A DNA stretch of 55,134 nt, the filler included, from Diploschistes diacapsis (Eukaryota), in NCBI GenBank assembly GCA_023645945.1. It is 4 parts of 4 records of this genome, joined end to end, with 100 filler letters (N's around TTAATTAATTAA, not from the genome) between each part and the next. Parts side by side here need not be neighbours in the genome. Positions count along the whole stretch, not along the records: positions 27,691 to 41,366 come from JALAIB010000637.1; positions 41,467 to 55,134 come from JALAIB010000638.1; 2 more parts are not named here. One strand, 5' to 3'. This document shows, piece by piece, positions 38,517-50,359 of this stretch (position 1 is its first letter; each line of letters starts with the position of its first letter). Position numbers and translations under genes: made by a program. The notes beneath the pieces were generated by a model. It made no database searches and was not told the DNA's origin. It worked only from the letters and a program-made list of their open reading frames with translations.

Positions 38517-39600
38517 CGGGTAGGGGGGTTTGAGCGAAGGCTGAGGGCTCGAGTTGCAGCCTTGCCTTGGGGCGAGATTCAAGTGTTGTTGGGAGGTTGG
38601 CTATGGGACGGCATATGTACTCTCAATCGTTTTAGTTTCACTGGTCCAGGTCCCTATCGCAATCGTGCCTGTGTCCATAACTCCACCTCGAAACTTACTA
38701 TATGACCCAAACTAGCCTAGCGTGGCCTAGGTCTAATCCTAAATCGTTCTAGCCAATTTATGATGCTGACCGCTCCTAATTCCACTCCCAGGTAGATTCC
38801 ACCACCCACACCACCTTCATCGAAGCTTGAAAATGATTCAAAGCACTCTGCTGTTCAACCTGAGCATCGCCTCAGCGTTTTAGGTGCAAAAAGTGTCTGT
38901 CATCCGGGCATCATGATAGCTTTGGCCTGTAGCTTTTGCAACGGCACAACTTCGAGGCCCGCGCCTATGCGTGGAGGTTGGGGCGTTGGAGTAGGCCAGA
39001 AACAAAAAACAAAATACTGTTGGAGGCTGGCGCTCGTTTCGGATGACATGGCAGTTCTTGAAGCTTCATCGGAGACTTTGAAGGGCTTGTGCGAGCGCTC
39101 GATGTCATTCCTCGCGTTTTGCACTCGTGTTGCGGTGGTAGTGTCTCGTGAGTTGCGTTTCCCATGTGCATAGCGTGCGTTGTGGAAGGCGTTTCTTGTG
39201 AGTCTTGCGTGTTAAGATTTCTGCGCCGCTATAACAAATGCCATTGAATGAGAAATGAACGGTCAGCAAAGGCACAGTGCGGGCTCGATGTAGCATTTAT
39301 ATCAACTTCCGTTGCGGCTGGATTCCATAGATGTGCTGCAGGTAGCCTCTTCTTGAACGCTTCTTCCATCCAGGCTCGGATCGAAAGCGTCTGCTTTGTT
39401 TGACTTACCTCCTCACACGATATGGTTCTCCGGAGAGAACGGTATATTGGAGACGAGTCGTTGTTTGAGCAAGCCACTCACAGAATTTTTACTTTTACTC
39501 TTTCCAACATTACTCTCTCTTCATCAATTATATCTACAAACAACCATATACTTGTCTCACATCTCTTCCTCAATATCGCTACAGGCGAACTCTTCTAAGA

Positions 39601-40068
39601 ATGCATTTCCTACAAACCCTTGCTCCCCTTCTGGTCGGTATTGCGACATTGACTGCCGCATACTCCTGCGATGAGGACGCAATCTACGAAAGAGACCTCC
39701 CACAAACAATAATTTCCATGGCCTCAAGGGTCCTTCGGGTAAACACAAGCTGCTCAGCCCCCCAGCTTTCGTCACCAGGCTCAACGCCAATCAGGCCAGA
39801 CAGTGAAATCTATGAAAGAGACATCAGACAAGAGCAAATGATTCCCGGCCTCAAGCCTTTTCTGGTAATAAATAAGCCACTCAGCCCCCCAAAAGGCATC
39901 CCGCAAGAGAAATCGCTGCCCAGCGCCAAGGTTCCTTCAAAGCCTTCGGACGTCGACAAGCTTTCTAAGATGCAAGACGTACTGAAGAACCCCGAAGCGA
40001 GTAAGCCCTTTCCCAGCAAAAGCATGCATATGGCGGCGTCCTTCCGCCATCCGAATGGTCAAACTTAG
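39601..40068 (+). CDS. Small secreted protein with repeated IYERD motif (possibly truncated)
   Basis: Signal peptide MHFLQTLAPLLVGIATLTAA. DAIYERD and SEIYERD are also a nucleotide repeat (aatctaYgaaagagac at 39681 and 39807). Pyrimidine-rich leader. Confidence 0.55.
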   Translation: MHFLQTLAPLLVGIATLTAAYSCDEDAIYERDLPQTIISMASRVLRVNTSCSAPQLSSPGSTPIRPDSEIYERDIRQEQMIPGLKPFLVINKPLSPPKGIPQEKSLPSAKVPSKPSDVDKLSKMQDVLKNPEASKPFPSKSMHMAASFRHPNGQT

Positions 40069-41366
40069 TCCTGGACAGAGATAAATCTGGAGTAAGCTCT
40101 GGCGTAAAGCAACCTCGAAGTGTCGAAGGTCTACCCGCACAGCAAGATCTGCTCCTTCCTCCACGCCCGAGGAGAGTGGAGTTGCGGCCGAGTGCCGGTT
40201 CCCTGGAGCTGCCGGTGCTGGCAAGGGCACTGGCGGACGAGCTTGTGGGTGCTCCTGGCCGTCTTAAGGCGGCTAGAGTGCTGACATGCATATGCAGGAG
40301 TCAAGGGATGCTGATATGATTAGAGGCCGAGAGGCCGGGATGGGCTGGTTTGACGAGGAGTGGTGAGGATTGTCGGAGGCTCTTTAACTCAAAGCGTTCA
40401 GGGCGGTGGTGGAGATTGAATAGCCCAGTAACGAGAGCTGGGTTGGAACATGAGCGATGAGCTTTGTCTTTGAAGGAAGGGTTTTGGACCCTTCGGTTTT
40501 ATCGTGTGGAAACATGACGAGGCGTTTCGGGTAGGTTTTTGCTGCTTTTCCGGAGCTTCGGTCATCACACACCTGTAAACATCCAAGTTTCGTCCAGGAA
40601 GAAGAGGTATCGGGGTATTTGAAAAGCCATGTTTTTCTACGTTCGAGAACGGCGTCACAGACAGGTCAATAGTGCTTCTCTTGATATTTCAAACTGCCAC
40701 CCCATTTCCTCCTGCTTTATTCCATCTTCTTGAAGACGCACCCATTCCCTTACAAAAAATTGGGTTCACGACCCCATTTTTTGCCCATCTTATCCTCCTC
40801 GACCCCGCGACGCACGTCAAAGTGCACTCTCCCCAACCCCGCGGTATACTCGAAAAAGCAGCATCATGCCACTAAGAGGCCAGGGCAGCCGGCGAAAAAA
40901 GGTTCCAGTCCGCCGGTGGCTGACAAACACGAGCTGTATGCGTAGATGGCTCGATAAAGCCATTGCACGCGTCAACGAAGCAGGCCGGAGGACACCAAGC
41001 CTCCTGCGCCAGCGTAGCAGGCAGGTAGATAGAGAGGCAAAATACAAAGGATGGTTGGTCCAGCATTCTCGAAAACGCCGCCACCACCACCATACAGTAC
41101 GCCAAAATGCGTGCCCACGAACAAAACAGGACGGATCCACCGTCTCCTTCTCCGGGCCCCGGCAAGTTACCTACCTGTATTCTATCCACCGCCCCCTTCG
41201 GAGGCCAACGCGGGCAACAGTATTAGCAGGCAGGCAAGCAAAAGCATGCCACCAAACACCAAAAGTCCGCCATCACTCCCCTGCGCTTTGCAGCGACTTG
41301 GTCTATTCCCATCGCTCTGCTCGCTACGTTACCTCTCGCGCCTGTTCCACACCCGCACTCCAAGCC

Positions 41367-41466
41367 NNNNNNNNNNNNNNNNNNNNNNNNNNNNNNNNNN
41401 NNNNNNNNNNTTAATTAATTAANNNNNNNNNNNNNNNNNNNNNNNNNNNNNNNNNNNNNNNNNNNN
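41367..41466. other. Artificial contig linker
   Basis: N44-TTAATTAATTAA-N44. Confidence 0.97.
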
Positions 41467-42063
41467 GGGAAGAGGGGGAGGGGAAAGGGGGCTTGTTTGA
41501 TGCACACGGCACGCTCTGGGAGGATCGTGAGACAGTAGTGATGTTAGGGAAGACCGGAGAAGAAGAAGGAAGGAGGGTGGGAGTGTACATACTAAGGACA
41601 GGGAACGCCCGAAAGCAAAAGGAGATGATTAGCAGTTACGAGGCCGCATTGGGCTTCATCACTTTACGTGCTCAACTGCCAAGGAACACTGGCTGGCGCC
41701 TTGTGAGCATGCGTGTGCAATATTGATCCAATTATCTATCTATCTGCAAGCTGACCTAACAAGCTCGGCACCGCGCAGGCAAGAGAAACAGCCCGACTGT
41801 TCCCGCCGTAGCAGCGGAAGTCGAATGTAAAAATGCAAGATGTATGCATGCCCGTGCCTCTGTATATTCCTCCCTTCTCTATCACAAAACGAACAACAAG
41901 AATTCGTAGCCTCCTATAAGGGGCATCGTTCCAGTCGTGTGTACCCACCATGACCCACCGCCCACACTCTCCCACCAAATCCATAGTAAAAACGCCATCT
42001 CTCCCATTGTCTGCCTGCCACGTGCTGCCTTCGAAACTATGCTTTATTACAAACGCAAATGCC

Positions 42064-45000
42064 TCACATGACCTTGCAGTCCCCCTCCGGCTTATTGATC
42101 GCCGACCTTGAAACGCGCGTCTTCTGTATCCTCGACCCTCCGCCGCGCAAATCTTCCAGGCGTTCCCTCGCCTTCGGGAAGTTCTGGGCTGTATCGAAGA
42201 ACGTCAGTGAAACTCCTTTCCAGGGAAGAAGATACGGGAAAAACCTACAAGCAGCCTTCCAATACCACCGCTTCGCACCCTCCATATCCGCCGGCGCGCC
42301 AATCCCCACCTCCGTAAAATACCCCATCGCGTACTCTGCTTTCGCCAAGCCCGCCTGCGCTGCCTTCCTCGCCCACAGATACGCCTCGGTGTCGTTCTGC
42401 TGCAGCACGCCCTCGGCGCCCGTCAAGTACCAGCCGCTCAGGCCGAGCTCGCTCTGGTGCTCCTCCTGCATGGCGGCCTTGGAGTACCACATGATACTCA
42501 AGCGGGCGTTCTGTTGGAAGCCCAGTTGCGCCTGCTCATATGCCTGGCCGAGCTTGAATTGCGAAAACTTGTAGCCGAGGTCGGCAGCGCGGGTGAAGAG
42601 TTGGCGAGCATAGACGTCGTCGCGGGCGATGGAGTCGGCGGGGATGGGGTTTTGGTAGAGGAGGCCCTGGCGTGGCTGTCAGCTTTGATAGTCGAAGAGT
42701 AATGGTGAGGAGGGCTTACGAGTTCGTGTAGGGCGTGCGGATTCTCTTCGTCGGCACGCTCTGCCGCCTTTTGTAGCCACGAGACAGCTCCTTTTGCGTT
42801 CCTTGGCTGACCGAGCAGGCCCTTCAACTGCACTACTCCGAGCTTGTACATGGCGGGAACATCGCCGAGTTGCGCGGCACGTTGGTACCACTGTATGGCT
42901 TTGACGGGGTCCCTTCTCGTGCCTCCGCCTTCTTCAAGGCCTATTTCGCAGCAGACGGCAACTCTGTAGGCGGATTGGGCATGGTTGAGCTTCGCCGCGG
43001 ACTGATACAGCTGAAAAGCTTCCTTTGGATCTTTTTGCAGACCCAAGTGACCGCTTCCGTAACAGCCTGCCAGATAAAACATCGCTTCGGTGTTACCTAC
43101 CCCGACCAGCTTCTTGACTATTTTGTGTGCCTCCAGCACATACTTCTCCCTGTTTTTAGCCTTCGTCTTTGGATCGGCGTGGCCTCCTTCGTCTGCCAGT
43201 ACAGAGGCTGCCTCCACCAGCTTCTTGGCCAAGATCATCTGCGAGTTCTGGTCGTTTGGATTGGACTGGACTAATCCCTTTAGTCGCTGCAATTCTGCGT
43301 AGGTGACCGGCGCGGGACCGGGCTGCGTCGGTGGCGGCGCGATACTTGCTTGGGTACCGGGGGAACTGGCATTATATTGTCTCACTGGCGGCGGTCTCGA
43401 TGGATTCTGCTGATTTATCGGAGGGCTCTGGCTCTGATGTATAAGGCCCGGGCGAGCGGGAGCAGGATGGGAGGGCAAGACATCAGGGTTTTGGGATCTG
43501 TTCGAATTATGCAATGCCCCATTTGCGGGACTTCGTCCCTGTGATCCATAATGTCTCTGAGAGCCTTCCGAGACTGCTCGAGGATTGCTCAGGGGTGGCG
43601 GCCCGTTACGCGGCGGAGGTCGGCCCATCGGTCCAGGACCAGGGCCGTTGCGAGCACCTGGTGGAGGCCCAGGCCCTGGTCCCATTGGAGGTCCCATTCC
43701 ACTTCCTCCCATAAATTGTTGCGGTCTGGGACCGTTTTTCTGCCCCGATCCTGGCACTTGACTAGACCCTCCAGTTCCTGGACCATATCCCTCAGTAAAA
43801 GATCTTTCAGGGGGGTCGAAGGAGCCCTTGCGGGGTTGCTGCCATTCCCCTTGGAATTGTGACATTGGAGGAGACCTGTGATACGGCTGATTTGGGCTCT
43901 GTCTCGTGTATTGGGGGTTTGTTGGGCGCATATGTGGCGGGCCTTTGCCGATGCCGAAGTCAAAGCCTGCAAAATCGTTCGGCGAGCTGTTTTGGTCTCT
44001 CAGATTTGGTTGTGATCGACTCCGATGCGCCTGGCTCGCGAAATTATTCGTAGGACCTCCAGCACCAGACCTACCGCGCGCGGAATCTTCAACATGCGAT
44101 GGGCTATGGTTTTGTTGAGCTCCAAGGTGTAGTACTTTATCATGGGTTGGACTGCTCAATGCATTATCGAAGTTCGGCATGTCTTCGTTGTCCTCGGCAA
44201 CTGGAGAAGACGTAACTGGTGGGCCCCTGAAAGGCTTGAACTTGCTGGGCCCCGGCTCCTCGAAGCAATCATCAACTACATCAGCACGCCTTTCCTCCGG
44301 TATATTAGCAGCATGATGAAATGCAGGCGTCGATTGAGCATAAGCTTGCTTGTATCCTTGCGAGCTTCCGGGAGTGTTTGATCTTGAAGGCGGCTGCTGC
44401 GGTGCATATTGGTTCTTGACATTATTGCTCAGCTGGGGAGTCTTGGATCGTTGAGAGGAGCCGCTAGGCCTCCGGCCGGATGCAGGAACCACTTGATGAT
44501 CGTCGCGCGGAATATCATTGGACGGCCTCGTAGACTGGCTGTACACGGAGCCTGTATCGTAGGAATTTGACCCATAATGTCTATGGCTCGGTGGGCTCTG
44601 CTGACGTTGGTAAGCGTTTTGAGGTTGAGGGAGAGGGTTGTGCTGCTGAAGTTCGGCAACTGTAGGTTGTTCGTTGCTATTTGGTCTCAAAGGAAAGTTG
44701 CCTTGGATCATTGTTTGCGAGACCTCGTTGGGCAATGTATTGCTTCTATGCTCACGGTTGGCATAGCTAGGCTCCGGAGGAGGCATTGCAACGGCAAATG
44801 GGCCCGCATGTCCATCCCCAGGCTGAGGACGAGAAACCGTGTGGTTAACATTTGGATGATGCTTGAACGCCGGCTCTTGGCGAGCATTTTTCCCTTGGAT
44901 GGGCTGGGCAGGGCGAATGGGTTGGTACTGCGGCGCCAAATATTGCTGTACTACGTGCTGCTCACGTGGGTAGTTCGTAGCGTGCGACTCTCTATCAACT

Positions 45001-45912
45001 GATCGCGACGATTCATGACTTCTCCGAGAGCTTGCGGCTGTCTGCGGTCTGGAGCCTTCTGCCTTTGCTGCTTTCTTCTCGTGCACTCCCGGAAAGGTTG
45101 GAAAGGGATTGTCCCACGGCAAAGTATCTGGAGATGACGGTGCTGGTCTAATGATTCTTTCCTTCTCTGCGATCCCTACGTAAGCATTCGTATCACGTCA
45201 AATGGACCAGATACCAACCTTTCTTTTTCGGTGCTGTCGCTGGGTTGATTTGCGCAGCGGCCCTCGTCCGGGATTGTTTTTGCGGCATTGGAGGTTGAGC
45301 TGGGCGGCCTGAGCGATGATCTACGTGCTCGATGGACTGATTAGCTTCAGAGCCTGGCCCGGCACTGAAGGATCTCTGCGGAACCGGTCGAGGTCTCTGA
45401 GCTTGGTAAAGATTATTGTATGGATCTTGGTACTGTCCCTGAAAGCCATCTCGAAAGCCTTGCTGCCCATATGCCGTCCGCTGGAACCCTTGAGCTTGAT
45501 TCCGAGGGCCATGACCGCCTTGCATAGTTCGCCCTTGCCCTCCATACGCGTGTCCTGCGTTTGGTTGGGTGTAGGGCTCGCGCGGTGCCTGGCTCGAACT
45601 TCCATTGACCCCGCGCAGATCCCCATTGCCTCCATAAGCCCCTTCTTGCCGACCTGTGCCCATGTCTTGCGGTGGTTGCTGATATTGTCGTGGAGCTGGC
45701 CTCGTAGGCTGTTGCGCACGGTACTGCCCTTGGCGCTCATTGTACTGCCCATTTTGATGCCCGTCGTTGTATGCATAAGCCTGTTGATGCTGTGATGGCC
45801 TGTAATTATAACTGTCTTGCGCATACTCTTGTGGAGGCTCTAGCGGTGCAGATCTTGGAGCCTCATAGTAATTGGCACCTGGCCCGTAGCGAGCCTGTTG
45901 TGGGTATGCCAT
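42064..45912 (-). CDS. CHS4: Chitin synthase activator Chs4/Skt5 (Sel1-like repeats, C-terminal CaaX)
   Basis: Long Pro/Gln-rich N-terminus. Sel1 repeats (AMFYLAGCYGSG..EAFQLYQSAAK; LSGWYLTGAEGVL..EAYLWARKAA; AEYAMGYFTEVGIG). Ends CKVM (CaaX). Intron donors near 45218, 42719 and 42247. Confidence 0.9.
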
Positions 45913-46566
45913 TGTGGTGCGAAGGAACGCAGAATAACCCTAATGAGGGCGGAGGAGTGAAAGCTTAGGACTGCGAGAGTATTCATTCTACACCATACTG
46001 GCGAGCTGTTTCCGCTCAAGTGGATGAAGTTGGGCGCGAGCCGCTCGTCCGATCTAAGCAGATATATGTGCACCAAGCGAGACGTACGAATCGGTAGGTG
46101 TGAATGGAAAGATTCTGACACTATGTTCGCGGATTGGGAAAATTAGCATCGAAAGAATAGCATGGCCCTGAATGATAGACGAATGGACGACCAGGCTGAC
46201 GGGTTTATTACCATGGGGCGTCTCTCGGCTGTTGGAGACCCATATCAAGCAAATGACGCCTATCAGCCAAGCATCCAGCCACCTCCAAGACTCAAGGCGG
46301 GTTATGTTATACAAAGCAAACAAGGCACGAGTCCTGCCCTGGATGCAGATTCTGTTTTGAGGGAAGCAAGCACTGGGCCGGGATAAATGGTAATGGTGAA
46401 ACTCAGGAGTATCAAAATCAAGATGTCCCAATCATGTCATGAGCTTCCGCAATCCGCTCCGCTGCCAAGACAAGATAGATAGTACAAGAACAATACAAGA
46501 AATTCGTTTCCTTTGAATCGTCACCAATCAAACGTGCGCGCGTCTGTCATAAAAGGTAAGATAAAT

Positions 46567-46620
46567 GTGGCTGTGAGGCTGTGGCTGTGACTGGCGTGGC
46601 TGATGTGGCTTGTGTGGCTC
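46567..46620. promoter_or_regulatory. Cluster of Crz1/CrzA-type (CDRE-like) G(T/A)GGCT(G) sites in the CHS4-CBP4 divergent promoter
   Basis: gtggctgtgaggctgtggctgtgactggcgtggctgatgtggcttgtgtggctc contains six G(T/A)GGCT cores in 54 bp. Confidence 0.5.
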
Positions 46621-46726
46621 ACTCCACTCCGTCCCACCTCGATGAGTCGCAGGCTCCTGGCCTGATCCATCTTCCCTTCCCTTCCCTGCCTAGGTGGGCA
46701 TTTTACATAATATATCTTGAATCAAC

Positions 46727-47301
46727 ATGTCGACGAAGCTGTGGTTGAAGATGGGAGCTGTGTAAGTAAGCCCGATTTTTTATTTTGTTGACGCGACTGT
46801 ACTGATAATGGCCCCTTCGCAGTGGCGTAGGCGTCTGCATTGGGGGCCCGGCTCTAGTCTACTACGTGACGCCTACGGAGGAGGAGCTCTTCAAGGTATG
46901 CTGCTGGCACTTTCCTTGCTCGCTCTTGAAATCCTATTACCCTATGCCTGGGCTACGGAACTTGCGAAACCTGCGTCATCTACGGAAGGACACTGACCGC
47001 AGAGCAGCGGTACAACCCCGAACTCCAGAAGCGCTCCCTGGCGAACCGCGAGCAGAAGCAGCAGGACTTTGACAATTTCGTCGTCAAGCTGAAGGAGTAT
47101 TCGAAGTCGAAGAAGACAAGTACTGTTGCCAGCATTGCTTGTATTATCAAAAACTTACTAATCAGGTTGGTAGTATGGGATGCAGCCGCAGATGCTGAAG
47201 CGGCGACCAAGGCCAGAGCATTGGAGGAACAGCAGAATCTTGCCGCTTCGGCGAAGGCGAGGTCAAATGAGATAAGAAAGGAAGCCATTTCGGGAAAATA
47301 G
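46727..47301 (+). CDS. CBP4: Cytochrome bc1 assembly factor Cbp4
   Basis: Four exons give MSTKLWLKMGAV|GVGVCIGGPALVYYVTPTEEELFK|RYNPELQKRSL...KLKEYSKSKKT|IWDAA. Introns 46762-46822, 46896-47007 and 47120-47172. Not present as a single ORF in the track. Confidence 0.9.
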
Positions 47302-47576
47302 GATTTCTCTTCTACCCGGTTTTTTCCCCCGTGGGTTGCAGATATCATTATTCCGTTCTAAGGTGTACTTGGCCACCGGGATATATTAATGCGGCTAGTT
47401 CTATGTACGACAAGCATGCTCGCAACTCTGTAGAATAATATTCATCAACATCTAGCACAGAATCTTGGAGACCGACAGCAAATTCCGGATCCCGTTGGTT
47501 GGATACTACTCCTTCCCAAGAAAATGCTCCCTTTCTTTAGATACCCAGATTCATGCTGTAGGTCGTTTTTCCAATT

Positions 47577-48961
47577 TCAACTCCCGTTCCCCATCAAGTC
47601 GATCTCGGTAGCGGTTCTCTTTGGCAACAGAGGCTCCGCCAAAGTTTGGTAGAGCACTCTATTGTAGTATAGCATCAACTTACCATTTGTGATTGAATAC
47701 GTTAGGCCCGCTTTCAAGCATTGTAAAGATTCGGGCACCAGATCGACCTTACGAAGATAAGTCATAGGAGACATGGAAGTCCTGTAGATGAGACATTCAA
47801 CTCTCAAGGCGATTAGGCGTATCAAATTCAGCTTACTAGCCGGAAGGTATTGCCCTGCGGAGGGTTTCGCATGCTTTTTGATTGCTTTCTCAAGGATGCT
47901 GGCGTACTCCAAACGACCTTGTTCGGACAGTGCAACCAGGTTTGCATTGTCACCCTCTAGCAACTCGACTGACGGTGGAAGGGGATGCGCGGTTAGGGTT
48001 CCTTGAGTAGGCGTGGGAATGGCTCCAATAGGCCGGCCAAGGCGCTTGGTCTTCGCTTGCTTGGCCTTCTTCTCAGTATGCCACGCATTAATAGACTTGA
48101 CGAACCACTTCCCAGCTTCCTCAAACGGCACGCTTAGGACGGTAACACTGGTAACTGGGTTCAGCTCGAGCTCCTCTTCGTTCAGATCTCTTCGCTCGAA
48201 CTTCGGCTTCGCTGTGCGACGGACTCTGTGGGAATCCGGCATTCTTTCGATCCTACCACAGATGCCCTTAGCACATTCTAATTCAAGCTCCTCAACCACT
48301 TGTCTCCCCTTTTCAATTTTTGCGGCTTCTTCAAGCTGTTTCCATTGCTGACTCTCACGTGACTTCTTGAGCCGATGCAGAAGTCGTGCCCGACAGGCTT
48401 CACATTGTGTGAAAGCTTTGGTGTACAGGTCCTTGCGCCATTGCTCCTCTGTCAGAAAAGATATTTTTTGTTCGGGAGGCTTCGATGGAGGTTCGCTAGA
48501 AACAACGTTCTCTTGGTTGGGAAGTAGGTCTGAGTTGACATGTTTGATTGTTGTCGTAGCTGACTTTCCCGTATTAACCTCTTGTTCTTGATGTGCAGAG
48601 GTATCGTTCACCCTCCCAAGATGGTTGAGTTGAAATTCTCCACCTATGACACGTAAGCCACTGTTTATAATATGAGCTTGTGTCAACAATACGAACCTTT
48701 GAGACGCTTGGGGACCTCCTGCTCGCACGATCCTGCTTGGCTAGCATCTTCAGAACCAATGCGAGAGTGCGACAACTCAGGCTTAGTCCTCTTTTGAGAA
48801 GTGGAATGCTGCTCGTCTTCTGGATGGAAAGCTTTCCGCTTAGAGATCTTAGAGAGCTTTTCACTCTCTGCATCCACCTTGCTGAATTTCCGTTTTATAC
48901 CTGCAATATCTTGAGGAGCTGGGTGACCGACTGGAGTGACTTGAGTCATGTCGATGCCCAT
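47577..48961 (-). CDS. Hypothetical protein (~440 aa, Lys/Arg-rich, possibly nuclear)
   Basis: ORF 48961-48683 is joined in frame to the 383-aa ORF by an intron GTTCGT (48696) to TCATAG (~48645). No family recognised. Confidence 0.55.
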
Positions 48962-50359
48962 ATCTAAGGATTATAGCACCGAGTAAATGTTGAGACCACT
49001 CGGCTTTCTCGAACAGCAGCGGGTTAAGCAGAAACTGCTGTTAACGGAAATATGAATCTTCTCGAGTCTATTGTCCTCCAACAACGACCCAAGTAGTATG
49101 AGATCTGAGGTTTTCTATCAGAAGATGGCTTGGCAATTAGGATCCACAAATCCGATGAGAAATCTAGCATCACCTACCGAAGTGTGTGAGTCGGGATAGG
49201 CGAGCCAAAGTCTCGTGCCTCTAACCTGAACTGTGCTACGGTTCTCCTTGCTAATGGTAATGAAGAACGATGGTACGCCAAAGCAAGATTTGGCCGATAT
49301 CATTCGCACCTAAGCGCAAGCCGCTTCCAATGGAATAGGGGAGTATCAAAAACCAACAGATTGTGATATGGTGTGTAGCAGAGAGATCAGAAGAGATTTC
49401 AGGTCTTGAGCATGGTTCCCTATCAACGATAAATTGACAAGTAAGAGTAATTTCGAGCTTGAATATAAGCACGCCAGGCAAGATAAAACCTAGCAGTACT
49501 GTGAATGGGATAGGGAAGTACCAGCAAACGACAGATTGTGGTGGGGTGTGTAAAGAGAAAGATGAGAAGATAACGTAGGTCTCAAGAATGGTCACCCAGC
49601 AACTGGAAGTAGGCAAAGCAAGAAGAAATAAAATCGAGTCTGGGTATAGGAATACGGCAGGTGAGCAACAAACAAAGCTCTTGTTGAGTTTGATGTTAAG
49701 ATCGTGATTGAGCGGCTTGATGATTGGAAAGAACAGAGCATGCACGGCCGAAGGTCCGTAGGGGTTGATGAAGTTCCAGTGAGGTGGTACGAAAGGCGTT
49801 CCTTCTTCGTATGCCATATATTTGTTAATCTTGTTGAAAAGTTCACCGTCTCTTGAATCTAAAACTAGATCCGAAGAGACAGAATGCACGGCTAGACGTC
49901 TGAATGTTGTCTCATGCCCTTGGCTCTAATAGGGTAGGTTCACTGCTCTTCACTTCTTTAACAAGACAAAAAGAGAAACTAGTATGGCCGGATTCGAGAT
50001 GGCAAAAGTATGGAGGCTTCACCATTCAGGAGCCCAAGATGAAGGAAACTCTTGTGTCCTCCTAAGCACAATATGACGGAGACCGACCGCTAGCTTCTAA
50101 GAGGGCTCTGAGCTAAAACCGACCCTTCAGCTTGAAGGTGGTCTGGGGCAACCTGCCGCTTGGAAAGACGTATCCGTAAAATAATAGAATGCCACTAACG
50201 CAAATCATGGCCCTTCAGAGTGCTTGGAACTCGATCACGCTGTCTCGGGTCCGTGTCCGTCGCCAAATGCTGCTAGCAGAATAAAGCTGTACTCAGCAGT
50301 ATATATACAAATTGTTGTTGTCAAGTGAAAAGACGTCTGGCAACCCCAATACTGCTGAT

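Noticed and set aside
40866..41366. 182-aa basic ORF at the end of contig 3
   Set aside because: Runs into the N gap, starts without support and has no recognisable domain. Probably promoter or UTR sequence.
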